Shown in pieces: positions 20,299 through 29,166 of a stretch of 59,045 nt of DNA (position 1 is the first letter of the stretch; every line of letters begins with the position of its first letter). The notes under the pieces are model-generated. The model did no database searches and was not told the origin of the DNA. It worked only from the letters and a program-made list of their open reading frames with translations. Source of the stretch: a virus (Duplodnaviria; Caudoviricetes); the IMG/VR virus record IMGVR_UViG_3300025151_000040, positions 1 to 59,045 of that record; one strand, written 5' to 3'. The position numbers were made by a program, and so were the translations under genes.

Positions 20299-20637
20299 AT
20301 GAGTTCTAAAGTATACATAGTACAAGAGAATCCATCGGTAAATGTTATGCCTGCCGCTAGATTCGGAGAACTAGATGTTATCTTTCCTTTCGGAAGTCAA
20401 ATAGTGTTTTCATCAAATAGAGCTATTTCTACTGTTAGAAAGAAATTAAAAAACTTTACAGATGAAGATTTCGTATTAGCTATGGGAGATCCGGCAGCAA
20501 TCGCTATAACGGCCATGGTAGCCGGTGAAATTAATAATGGCTATATGAAATTACTAAAATGGGATAAGCAAACTAAAGCTTATTATTCAGTAACAATTGA
20601 CTTATTCGGAAGAAAGGAGAAAGCTAATGTCAAGTGA
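20299..20637 (+). CDS. phage replication-module hypothetical protein
   Basis: Strong RBS; VYIVQE..A..FGEL..D.VL..GDP. Confidence 0.65.
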   Translation: MSSKVYIVQENPSVNVMPAARFGELDVIFPFGSQIVFSSNRAISTVRKKLKNFTDEDFVLAMGDPAAIAITAMVAGEINNGYMKLLKWDKQTKAYYSVTIDLFGRKEKANVK

Positions 20638-21208
20638 AATATTTAGTAGTCTTGAAGAAGATGCTAAACAACAACGTGAGATACCGACAGATGAAAAGTT
20701 AGGAAAACTAAATTTAGTTTGTCGTAAACTCGTAGAAAAAGAACGTCAGTATGCTGAGTATAAATCTTTAGCCAGTAAAACATATGAAGAAATTAAAGAT
20801 GTTAAGGAAAAAGAAATACCAGATGTAATGGCTTCTTTAAACATTAGTAAGTTCGTTATGGACGATGGCACTGAAATAGCTATAAAAGATGAGTTATACG
20901 CAAGTGTTAAAGAAGATAAGAGAACAGAAGCTTTAGAGTGGCTTGACTCTCAAGGTTTAGGAGATATTATTAAACATGATATAACTTTATCTTTTGCTCG
21001 TGGTGAGCATGAAGAAGCTGAGAGAATAAAAGACGTTTTAGAAAATAACGGTCAAAATAGCTACTTAGAAAAAGCTACTGTACATCCTCAAACTTTAAAA
21101 GCTACTTTTAAAGATTTAAGAAATAAAGGTGAAGATATACCGGAAGAATTATTTAATTGGTATGAAACACCTTTAGCTAAAGTAAAACTATCGAAAGGAG
21201 AAAAATAA
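20627..21208 (+). CDS. replication-module protein (likely start ATG 20627)
   Basis: AGAAAGGAGAAAG RBS before 20627; IP..M..WL...G.GDIIK..VHPQTLKA motif. Confidence 0.7.
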   Translation: MSSEIFSSLEEDAKQQREIPTDEKLGKLNLVCRKLVEKERQYAEYKSLASKTYEEIKDVKEKEIPDVMASLNISKFVMDDGTEIAIKDELYASVKEDKRTEALEWLDSQGLGDIIKHDITLSFARGEHEEAERIKDVLENNGQNSYLEKATVHPQTLKATFKDLRNKGEDIPEELFNWYETPLAKVKLSKGEK

Positions 21209-21212
21209 CGAT

Positions 21213-21971
21213 ATGTCAGAGCAAAAGCAAGTTGCTAAAAAAGAAGCAACAAACGTAGTTTTATCTGAATTAGCTGATGAAATATTAGCTGACGCAGGTA
21301 AAGGACTTCAGAATGTTACAACTGAAGATATGAGTATTCCTAGATTGGCTATTGTTCAATCAGGAAGTCCTCAAAGGAAAAAGAAAGACGACAAGTATAT
21401 AGAAGGTGCTGAAGAAGGGCACGTCTTTAATACAGTAACTAATACTCTATATAGAGGGTCGATTAAAGTTGTTCCTTGTGAGTTTATGAAATCCTATGTA
21501 GAATGGATTCCTAGAGAGAAAGGTGGTGGTTTAGTTCAAACACATGAATCTAGACCTTCCGATCTAACGAAGAATGAGAACGGTCGCTTTGTACTTCCTA
21601 ATGGAAATGAAGTTGCTGATACAGCAGATCATTACGTTATGATTATTAATGAAGATGGTTCCTACGAACCTGCTGTAATGTCGATGACAGGGTCTCTTTT
21701 ATCCGTTTCTAGAAACTGGTTAACTAGAATGAAGTTACAAAAAGAAGTAATTGGTGGTAAAATGATTGAACCTCCGACATTCTATTACGCATGGGAAATC
21801 TCTACAAGAGAGAAAGATAATGATAAGGGTTCATGGTTCATTTACAATGTAGGAGATCCATCACCTATTACTAACGCAGATTTATATAAAGATGCGAAAG
21901 CTTTATCGGAATCTATTAAAAGAGGTGAGAAAAAAGCTGCAGCAGTAGATGGCGATGACATTCCATTCTAA
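21213..21971 (+). CDS. single-stranded DNA-binding protein
   Basis: IPRL.I.Q..SP, N.KGSWF; acidic SSB-type tail DGDDIPF. Confidence 0.7.
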   Translation: MSEQKQVAKKEATNVVLSELADEILADAGKGLQNVTTEDMSIPRLAIVQSGSPQRKKKDDKYIEGAEEGHVFNTVTNTLYRGSIKVVPCEFMKSYVEWIPREKGGGLVQTHESRPSDLTKNENGRFVLPNGNEVADTADHYVMIINEDGSYEPAVMSMTGSLLSVSRNWLTRMKLQKEVIGGKMIEPPTFYYAWEISTREKDNDKGSWFIYNVGDPSPITNADLYKDAKALSESIKRGEKKAAAVDGDDIPF

Positions 21972-23488
21972 TGCTTGCAGAAAATTTTTATAATTTATTT
22001 AGTGGCTTAGACCGTGCTTACGGCAGATATGATTTAGATACAGATCAATCTGGCGTAAAGCGGTCTGGTACTGCAAGAACGATAGCTGAAAAGCTAACGT
22101 TAAAGCAATGGGAACTACACTTATTAGGTACGCAAGGACTTGGTGTAGTTCCTATTCGTGATGACGCAAAAGTTTTATGGGGAGCAATAGACATTGACGA
22201 GTATGATTTAGACGTAGATACACTCTCAAAGGGCCTAGGAACATCCCCTTTTATACCTTGTTTAACTAAATCTGGTGGAATACACTTATACATATTTTTT
22301 AAAAAAGCAATATCAGCTAAATTAGTTGTTGATAAGTTAAGACAAATTACTTCAGCATTAGGAAAACCTAGTGCAGAGATATTTCCTAAACAAATAAAAT
22401 TAGTTACTGATCGAGGAGATGTAGGAAATTGGATTAATATGCCATACTTCGGCGGTAAACGTTCTACGAGATATGCTGTATATAATGGAGAACATATTAC
22501 TAATCCTGAAGATTTTATTAAATTAGCTGACATTCGAAAGATAGATAGTATTGATGAAATAAAAATTCCACAACTTAAAGAGCAAGATAAGAAATTATTA
22601 CCAGATGGTCCACCTTGTTTAAAGTATTTACTTCAACATGGATTCCCAGAGGGTACAAGAAATAATTCATTATATAACATAGGAGTATATTTAAAGAAAG
22701 CACACCCTGACGAATGGGAAGAAAAGATAGAGGAGTACAATCATAATTATATGGAACCTCCTTTAAAATCTAAAGAAGTTCAAACAATTATTAAATCTTT
22801 AGAAAAGAAAGATTACAATTATATGTGCTCAGAGCAACCTATTAATGCGTTCTGTAATAAACCAGTGTGCTTAACTTGTAAATTTGGTATTAGCGATAAT
22901 GGAAATCTACCTGCGATTAGTGGAATTACTAAGATCAATACGGATCCTCCTACTTATTTCGTTACAGTGAATGATCAGAGAATTGGCCCTATCGATAGCT
23001 TAGAGATTATTAATCAAAAAAACTTTCAAAGGGTCGTATTCGAGAATATGAATACTCTTATGCCTATTGTAGCACAGCCACTTTGGCTTGAAACTATTAA
23101 CGAATTAATGGAAAAAATGGAGATTGTAGAGGTAAATTCCGATAGTTCTAACAGAGGAAGATTACTAGAATTATGCGAAAGGTTTTGTACAGGAAGCACT
23201 TCTTCTGATATAATCGAAGATCTATTACGAGGTCATGCAGTAACGCAAGATAACGTAACAATGTTTAGGATTAACGATTTTATGGAATTCCTAGAAAAAC
23301 ATAGATTCAAGGAATTTAAGTTACATGAAGTAACTGCTCATTTAAAAGAGTTTGGTGCTGAACACATGACTAAGAAGATTAAAGGAAAACATGTTAATTT
23401 ATGGTCAATGGCTAAGTTTGAAAGACAAGAAGAAGAGTTTACAAAGCCTGAAATTAACCATGATGATTATGGAGAAATAACTTTCTAA
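21971..23488 (+). CDS. AEP-family primase (prim-pol) with PriCT-like domain
   Basis: IDID, TKSGGIHLY, GNWINMPY; PPCL..EGTRNNSL; Cys cluster. Confidence 0.8.
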   Translation: MLAENFYNLFSGLDRAYGRYDLDTDQSGVKRSGTARTIAEKLTLKQWELHLLGTQGLGVVPIRDDAKVLWGAIDIDEYDLDVDTLSKGLGTSPFIPCLTKSGGIHLYIFFKKAISAKLVVDKLRQITSALGKPSAEIFPKQIKLVTDRGDVGNWINMPYFGGKRSTRYAVYNGEHITNPEDFIKLADIRKIDSIDEIKIPQLKEQDKKLLPDGPPCLKYLLQHGFPEGTRNNSLYNIGVYLKKAHPDEWEEKIEEYNHNYMEPPLKSKEVQTIIKSLEKKDYNYMCSEQPINAFCNKPVCLTCKFGISDNGNLPAISGITKINTDPPTYFVTVNDQRIGPIDSLEIINQKNFQRVVFENMNTLMPIVAQPLWLETINELMEKMEIVEVNSDSSNRGRLLELCERFCTGSTSSDIIEDLLRGHAVTQDNVTMFRINDFMEFLEKHRFKEFKLHEVTAHLKEFGAEHMTKKIKGKHVNLWSMAKFERQEEEFTKPEINHDDYGEITF

Positions 23489-23634
23489 TGGAAAAATGTA
23501 ATAAATGTGATTGCCCTTGTCATAAAGATATGACTTGTATGTGTGAATGTGCAGTTTGTGATTGTAAAAACTGTCAGCCACCAAAAGATGCTACTGTACA
23601 AGTAACAGGAGTATCGTTAGATTTAAAGTCATGA
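23488..23634 (+). CDS. 48-aa metallothionein-like protein (not in ORF track)
   Basis: MEKCNKCDCPCHKDMTCMCECAVCDCKNCQPPKDATVQVTGVSLDLKS; coupled to the primase stop and the next start; GGAG upstream. Confidence 0.7.
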   Translation: MEKCNKCDCPCHKDMTCMCECAVCDCKNCQPPKDATVQVTGVSLDLKS

Positions 23635-23759
23635 AAAAAGGTTTATGGGCAAATATTCATGCTAAGAGGAAGCGAGGAGCAAAGATGAGAAAGAAAGGAA
23701 GTAAAGGTGCGCCTACTAAAAAAGCTTTTGAACGTGCTAAAGCGACTTCGAAAAAGTAA
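23631..23759 (+). CDS. 42-aa very basic protein (not in ORF track)
   Basis: MKKGLWANIHAKRKRGAKMRKKGSKGAPTKKAFERAKATSKK; ATGA overlap. Confidence 0.75.
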   Translation: MKKGLWANIHAKRKRGAKMRKKGSKGAPTKKAFERAKATSKK

Positions 23760-23817
23760 AAAAGAGGACGAACATAGCGAACATTGGGGCATTGGCTCTT
23801 AAAAGAAAGGAAGTGCT

Positions 23818-24600
23818 TTGTATTTATTTTTTGACACAGAAACGAACGGCTTGTGGCGCCGTGATCTAGAAGCCACTGATCCAAAACAACCACATCTAGT
23901 ACAAATAGCTGCACAGTTAGTAGATGAAAATGAAAAAGTTATTAATCAATGTTCGATACTTATACGACCAGAAGGTTGGACTATTCCTAAAGATGCTGAA
24001 GATGTTCATGGCATCTCCAATGAGAAGGCAGCTACTTATGGTGTACCTCTTATTAGTGCCCTTTCTGTGTTTAATTCTATGGCAGCTTCGGCTCATACAC
24101 TTATCGCACATAACTTAGCTTTTGATTTGCAAATAATTGCAAGAGATTTTCATTATTTAAAAAAATCTTTTAAACAACCTAAAGACTTGCATTGTACTAT
24201 GATGAGTACAAAAGATATTCTTAAATTAGAAAGTGATTTTGACGATTACAAATTTCCTAAACTAGTTGAAACTTATGAACACTTTTTTAATGTAGCCTAT
24301 TTCGATTGGCACGATGCTTTAGCTGACGTTCAAGTATGTAGAATTATATATTTTCATTTAAAAAATAAAGGAATTGACTTAAAAGCACCGAGAGAACTTC
24401 CTAAAAAGTTGATTAAAGTAATGAATAATGACGATTACGAGGAATTAATCGGTTTAATTTCATCTATAAATAGAGATAATATAAGCGATTGGGAAAGCAA
24501 TTTTCTCAAAGACCAAGAAGAAAGAATTGACAAATACAAAGAAAAAGTGATGATATCTGATAAACAAATGAACATAATAAGGAGAATGGCAGAAAAATGA
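23818..24600 (+). CDS. DEDDh 3'-5' exonuclease (DnaQ-like)
   Basis: FFDTETNG, IAHNLAFD, HDALADV. Confidence 0.88.
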   Translation: MYLFFDTETNGLWRRDLEATDPKQPHLVQIAAQLVDENEKVINQCSILIRPEGWTIPKDAEDVHGISNEKAATYGVPLISALSVFNSMAASAHTLIAHNLAFDLQIIARDFHYLKKSFKQPKDLHCTMMSTKDILKLESDFDDYKFPKLVETYEHFFNVAYFDWHDALADVQVCRIIYFHLKNKGIDLKAPRELPKKLIKVMNNDDYEELIGLISSINRDNISDWESNFLKDQEERIDKYKEKVMISDKQMNIIRRMAEK

Positions 24601-25553
24601 AAACAGTTGTAGTAACAGGAGCCGCAGGATTCTTAGGAAGAAACTTGTGTGAACATTTATTAAATAAAGATTATAAAGTTGTTGGTATAGATAATTTTTT
24701 AACTGGTAGTGAACGTAATGTATTTGAACATGAAAACTATTACTTTTATGAAGCAGATATCGTTAAAGACGATTTATCAATGCTTCTTCGAGATCACAAT
24801 AAAAAAGGAATTAATTACATATATAACTTAGCTTGTCCTGCTTCACCAGATCATTATAAAACTCATGCTTTTCAAACGTTAGAAGCTTGTTATACAGGAT
24901 TAAAAAACATGATTACATATTCATTAGAGCAAGGAAATGTTAGAATGCTTCATACTTCTACAAGTGAAGTTTACGGAGATCCTCAAGTAGATGAACAGGA
25001 AGAGAAGTATTGGGGAAACGTAAATTCTTTCGGACCACGTGCTTGTTATGATGAAGGTAAAAGAGTTGGTGAAGCTTTAATCTATGAATCAATAAATAAA
25101 TTAAAATCAAATATAGGAATCGCAAGAATCTTTAATACTTATGGTCCTTATATGGCGATTAACGATGGTAGAGTTATATCTAATTTTATTACAGAAGGCT
25201 TAAAAGGCAATAATCTTATCATATACGGAGGCGGTTTTCAATCTAGATCTTTTTGTTATGTTGATGATACTATAAAAGGTTTAGTTAAAATTTGTGAAAG
25301 CGATTATAAAGAAATATTTAATGTAGGAAATCCTGATCGTTATACAATAGTTGAGATAGCTGAAATAATAGCAGAAAAAACAGATGCACCTGGTTGGAAA
25401 AATACTAACCCTTCACCAGACGATCCTTTACATAGAAAGCCTAACATTAAGAAAATACAAAATATGTTAGATTGGTCGCCTCAAATTTCTTTAGACAGTG
25501 GACTTGAAAGCACTATAGATTATTTTAAGCATGCTCTCGAAAGACAAAACTAA
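24597..25553 (+). CDS. UDP-glucuronate decarboxylase (UDP-xylose synthase), extended SDR
   Basis: TGAAGFLG, YNLACPASP, STSEVYGDP, YWGNVN..GPRACYDEGKR, RIFNTYGP, DGRVISNF, DDP..RKP. Confidence 0.85.
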   Translation: MKTVVVTGAAGFLGRNLCEHLLNKDYKVVGIDNFLTGSERNVFEHENYYFYEADIVKDDLSMLLRDHNKKGINYIYNLACPASPDHYKTHAFQTLEACYTGLKNMITYSLEQGNVRMLHTSTSEVYGDPQVDEQEEKYWGNVNSFGPRACYDEGKRVGEALIYESINKLKSNIGIARIFNTYGPYMAINDGRVISNFITEGLKGNNLIIYGGGFQSRSFCYVDDTIKGLVKICESDYKEIFNVGNPDRYTIVEIAEIIAEKTDAPGWKNTNPSPDDPLHRKPNIKKIQNMLDWSPQISLDSGLESTIDYFKHALERQN

Positions 25554-27045
25554 AATAATATTAGGTCCACCTGGCACTGGTAAAACAACTACATTATTAA
25601 ATATTTTAGAAGAAGAAATAGAAAGTGGGATAGCACCAGAACGCATTGGCTTTGTATCTTTTACACGCAGAGCAATTAAAGAAGCTAGAGATAGAACACT
25701 AGAAAAATTTAAAGACATTGATAAAGATCAATTAGATTATTTTAGAACACTTCATAGTTTATGTTTTAGATCGTTAGGCTTAAATAGTGAAAGAATATTT
25801 AAAGGCTTACATATTACAGAGTTTAAAAAAATATTAAGAATAGATATGACTGGTGATGTTGACGAAGAACAGATTGTATCTAATGGTGCTAGTTTAGGAG
25901 ATCGTATGTTATTTTGCGATCAGTTAGCTAGGGCAAAGATGTGCCCTCTAAAAGATACATGGAGAGAGTTGAAGTGTGATTACTTATGGGAAGAACAGAA
26001 GTTATTCTCAGATACACTTGTTGATTTTAAAATGAAAAGAAATCTTCTTGACTTTACTGATATGTTAAGTTCTTTTTTAGATTCTGAGTACACTCCTGAT
26101 ATAGATATTTTATTTGTTGACGAGGCGCAAGACTTAACGAAGCTACAGTGGAAAGTAATTGATAAATTATCTAACTCTGTAAAAACTATTTATATAGCAG
26201 GAGATGACGATCAAGCTATATATAAGTGGGCAGGAGCTGACGTAGAAACTTTCTTAAATCTTGACGGAGAGATTAGAATATTACCTTTCAGTTATAGATT
26301 AAAAAAACGTGTTTTTGATTTAGCAAATCAAGTTACTAAAAGAATTATGCAAAGATACGATAAAGATTGGTCTAGCAGTGAGGAACAGGGATCAGTTAAT
26401 TATATTGAATCTTATGAATATGCGGATATGTCTCAAGGAGGTTGGTTAATTTTAGCAAGAAATAATTATCAATTGTATCCTATAGAAAAATATCTAAAGC
26501 AAAAAGGATATGTATTTGAAAGAAAGTTCGGTGGATTTAGAGCTAATAAACATGTTGTAGCAATTAGAACTTGGCTTCAGTTAAGTAAGGGTGATGAAGT
26601 TTCTTATGATTCTATAATGAAACTATATAGTTGTATAAGAACAGGAGAGGGAATTAAAAGAGGTTTTAAAAACGGAAACAGTTTAGATAAAGAAAAATCT
26701 TATACATATCAAGACTTAAGAAATAATCATGGTTTAATAGCAATGGGAAAGTGGGAAGAAGCTTTAGGATTAATTCCTGACGATGATAAATATTATTATC
26801 AAGCTTTAGAAAAAACAGGAGATTTATTTTACAATGAACCGAGAATAAGACTTAGCACTATACATGGAAGTAAAGGCGCTGAAGCTGAAAATGTTATGCT
26901 TCTTACAGATGTATCTTATGCTACATGGAAAAACATAAATGATCAATCAGATGATGAACATCGTGTTTTTTATGTAGGAATTACTAGAACAAAGAATAAT
27001 TTATTTATAGTGAATCCACAAGGGCTATATAGTTATCCGATATGA
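25531..27045 (+). CDS. UvrD/Rep-like SF1 helicase
   Basis: GPPGTGKT, VDEAQD, GDDDQAIY, STIHGSKG.E, YVGITR. Confidence 0.92.
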   Translation: MLSKDKTKIILGPPGTGKTTTLLNILEEEIESGIAPERIGFVSFTRRAIKEARDRTLEKFKDIDKDQLDYFRTLHSLCFRSLGLNSERIFKGLHITEFKKILRIDMTGDVDEEQIVSNGASLGDRMLFCDQLARAKMCPLKDTWRELKCDYLWEEQKLFSDTLVDFKMKRNLLDFTDMLSSFLDSEYTPDIDILFVDEAQDLTKLQWKVIDKLSNSVKTIYIAGDDDQAIYKWAGADVETFLNLDGEIRILPFSYRLKKRVFDLANQVTKRIMQRYDKDWSSSEEQGSVNYIESYEYADMSQGGWLILARNNYQLYPIEKYLKQKGYVFERKFGGFRANKHVVAIRTWLQLSKGDEVSYDSIMKLYSCIRTGEGIKRGFKNGNSLDKEKSYTYQDLRNNHGLIAMGKWEEALGLIPDDDKYYYQALEKTGDLFYNEPRIRLSTIHGSKGAEAENVMLLTDVSYATWKNINDQSDDEHRVFYVGITRTKNNLFIVNPQGLYSYPI

Positions 27046-27689
27046 AAACAAAAAAAGAAATATTAGATTTATTTTTAAATCACATAGATTCAGAAATCTA
27101 TGAAGAACCTTACTCGAACATGCATGATGGTATTATAAGACAACAAGCTGACATATTTTTAGAAAGATTTTCTATATTAAAAGAAGATAAGATACTTGAC
27201 GTAGGTTGTGGCTTTGGTTTATTTCAACAATACTTAGCTCAAAAAGGATATCACAACACGATAGGAATTACAAAAGCTAAAAAAGATATAGATAATTTAA
27301 TAGAAACTAAAACACCTTTTAGAGAAACTGATATAACATTTACAGGTTTAGATAAAGATTATGTGAATCATATATGGTGTAGACATTGTATTGAACATAG
27401 TCCTTTTCCTTATTTAACGTTATTAGAGTTTAACAGAATTATGAAAAAAGATGGTTATTTATATTTAGAAATGCCAGCACCAGAACAGGCTGCTATACAA
27501 GAACATAAACAAAATCATTACTCTGTATTACCTAAAGAAATGTGGGCTAGTTTATTAATAAGATCTGGATTTAAAATTAAAAACTTTGAAACTATTGATT
27601 TAATGTTACAAAAGAAAAACGGAGAACAATATTCTGAATCGTGGTATTTTTATATGGCGCAAAAGACTTTAGAAAAATCTTTGTTTTAA
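27042..27689 (+). CDS. class I SAM-dependent methyltransferase (small-molecule/sugar type)
   Basis: ILDVGCGFG; HCIEH..P...L.E..R..K..G. Confidence 0.85.
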   Translation: MKTKKEILDLFLNHIDSEIYEEPYSNMHDGIIRQQADIFLERFSILKEDKILDVGCGFGLFQQYLAQKGYHNTIGITKAKKDIDNLIETKTPFRETDITFTGLDKDYVNHIWCRHCIEHSPFPYLTLLEFNRIMKKDGYLYLEMPAPEQAAIQEHKQNHYSVLPKEMWASLLIRSGFKIKNFETIDLMLQKKNGEQYSESWYFYMAQKTLEKSLF

Positions 27690-27728
27690 AATAAAAATAA
27701 GTTATTATTATACTAATTAGAAAGGAGC
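27682..27728 (+). promoter_or_regulatory. putative promoter and RBS of the nucleotide-modification operon
   Basis: TTTAAA-N18-TATACT then AGAAAGGAG; same TATTATACTAA..AGAAAGGAG layout as 20268-20293. Confidence 0.5.
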
Positions 27729-27742
27729 ATTAATAAATAACT

Positions 27743-28792
27743 ATGAACGCAATCGGAAGTCATATCTTTGCTGGTGGGTTTACACTCGGAGTAGAGAAAC
27801 ATTTCAATGTACTAGCACATTTTGAAGGTGATGGCGCATATGGCGCTGACACGTTTTCTTTAAATAGACCTAATATACCAGTTTACTCTGGTCCTGCCGA
27901 CTGGCCTATTAAAGACTTTGAGGGTAAAATTGATTTCGTTTATGGTAACCCTCCTTGTGCTCCTTGGTCAACACTAGGAACGGGTGGTCGCAAAGATCTA
28001 GACTGGCGAGATGATCCTCGCATTGAAGCATGGTCTCATGTCTTTTCACTCCTTAATGACTTACAGCCAAAAGCTTTAGCGATTGAGTCCGTTCCTAGAG
28101 TATTTGCTAAAACAGGAGGTCGTCCTATGATTGACGACTTTACTAATAAAGCTATAAACTTAGGGTACAATGTTACTCATTTCTTACTTGACGGTCAGTA
28201 TACAAATTTAAATCATAGTCGTAGAAGATTCTTTTTTATGGCGCATAAAGGCGGTTTATCTTTTCCTAGATTGAATTGGAATCCAGCACCTACTATACAA
28301 GAAGTTTTAGGAGAAGTACCAGAACCTGGATACTGTAATTCATTTACTAAAACTGAAGCTGAGTTAGTACCTCAGTGCGGTCAAGGAGAACAGTTGAGAA
28401 CTGTATGGGAAAAATTAAATCCACCTGAAACTTGGGTAAGATCTGAAAAAGGAAGAAGAGGTGTAAAAGGTAGACCTCAATTTATGAAATGGAGATTACG
28501 AGCAAATAAACCTGCAGGAGTTATTGCTGGTGGATTCTACATTCACCCTACTGAACATCGATTATTAGGACATAAAGAATTAGCACACTTCGCAGGTTAT
28601 CCTCAAGACTATCAATGGGCAGGCTCTCCGACTGGTATAGGATCTTTAATCGCAAGAGGAGTTATGCCACCAGTAGGTGAATTTATAGGAAGAGTTGTAA
28701 AGAATTCTATAGCTGAAAATGAAGAAGCAAAGGAACAAGTACAGATGGTTGACTATACTAAACCACCTCAAATGGAAGATTTATTTACATGA
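27743..28792 (+). CDS. divergent DNA cytosine-C5 methyltransferase-like protein
   Basis: Motif I IFAGGF, IV GNPPC, VI ESV (normally ENV), VIII SRRR, IX RLL..E....GYP, X ARGV (normally GNAV/GNSV). Confidence 0.75.
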   Translation: MNAIGSHIFAGGFTLGVEKHFNVLAHFEGDGAYGADTFSLNRPNIPVYSGPADWPIKDFEGKIDFVYGNPPCAPWSTLGTGGRKDLDWRDDPRIEAWSHVFSLLNDLQPKALAIESVPRVFAKTGGRPMIDDFTNKAINLGYNVTHFLLDGQYTNLNHSRRRFFFMAHKGGLSFPRLNWNPAPTIQEVLGEVPEPGYCNSFTKTEAELVPQCGQGEQLRTVWEKLNPPETWVRSEKGRRGVKGRPQFMKWRLRANKPAGVIAGGFYIHPTEHRLLGHKELAHFAGYPQDYQWAGSPTGIGSLIARGVMPPVGEFIGRVVKNSIAENEEAKEQVQMVDYTKPPQMEDLFT

Positions 28793-29166
28793 GCCAGTAT
28801 AAAGATATTGATTCTTTTCATAAAAAATTTAAATTTAATCAAGGCAAAGGAATTGAATCAATGAATTATAATTTTGGTAACTGGCGTGTTGACTTTCTTA
28901 TGGAAGAGATTGCTGAGTTGACCGATGCTTTAGATAATAAAGATGATGTAGAAATACTAGATGCTTTAGTTGATATCTGTTATGTAGCTATGGGAACAGC
29001 TTGGTTAATGGGTTTACCATTTGAGAAAGCATGGAAAGAAGTACAACGGTCTAATATGGAAAAGATTAGACAAGCTAGTGATCGATCTGAATTTGACGTA
29101 GTTAAACCTGAAGGTTGGAAAAAACCAGATATAAAAGGAATAGTTAAAAAATGGCGAAAATCTTAG
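28789..29166 (+). CDS. MazG-like/all-alpha NTP pyrophosphohydrolase
   Basis: EEIAE..DALVD..YV..G..EV..SNM.K..KPEGW..PD. Confidence 0.85.
   Translation: MSQYKDIDSFHKKFKFNQGKGIESMNYNFGNWRVDFLMEEIAELTDALDNKDDVEILDALVDICYVAMGTAWLMGLPFEKAWKEVQRSNMEKIRQASDRSEFDVVKPEGWKKPDIKGIVKKWRKS

Noticed and set aside
23728-23802. Possible 24-aa ORF MNVLKRLRKSKKEDEHSEHWGIGS
   Set aside because: TTG start inside another gene and a weak RBS; cannot be supported without homologues
27743-28792. Restriction-modification system
   Set aside because: No adjacent restriction endonuclease; the two PD-(D/E)xK genes are distant and resolvase-sized
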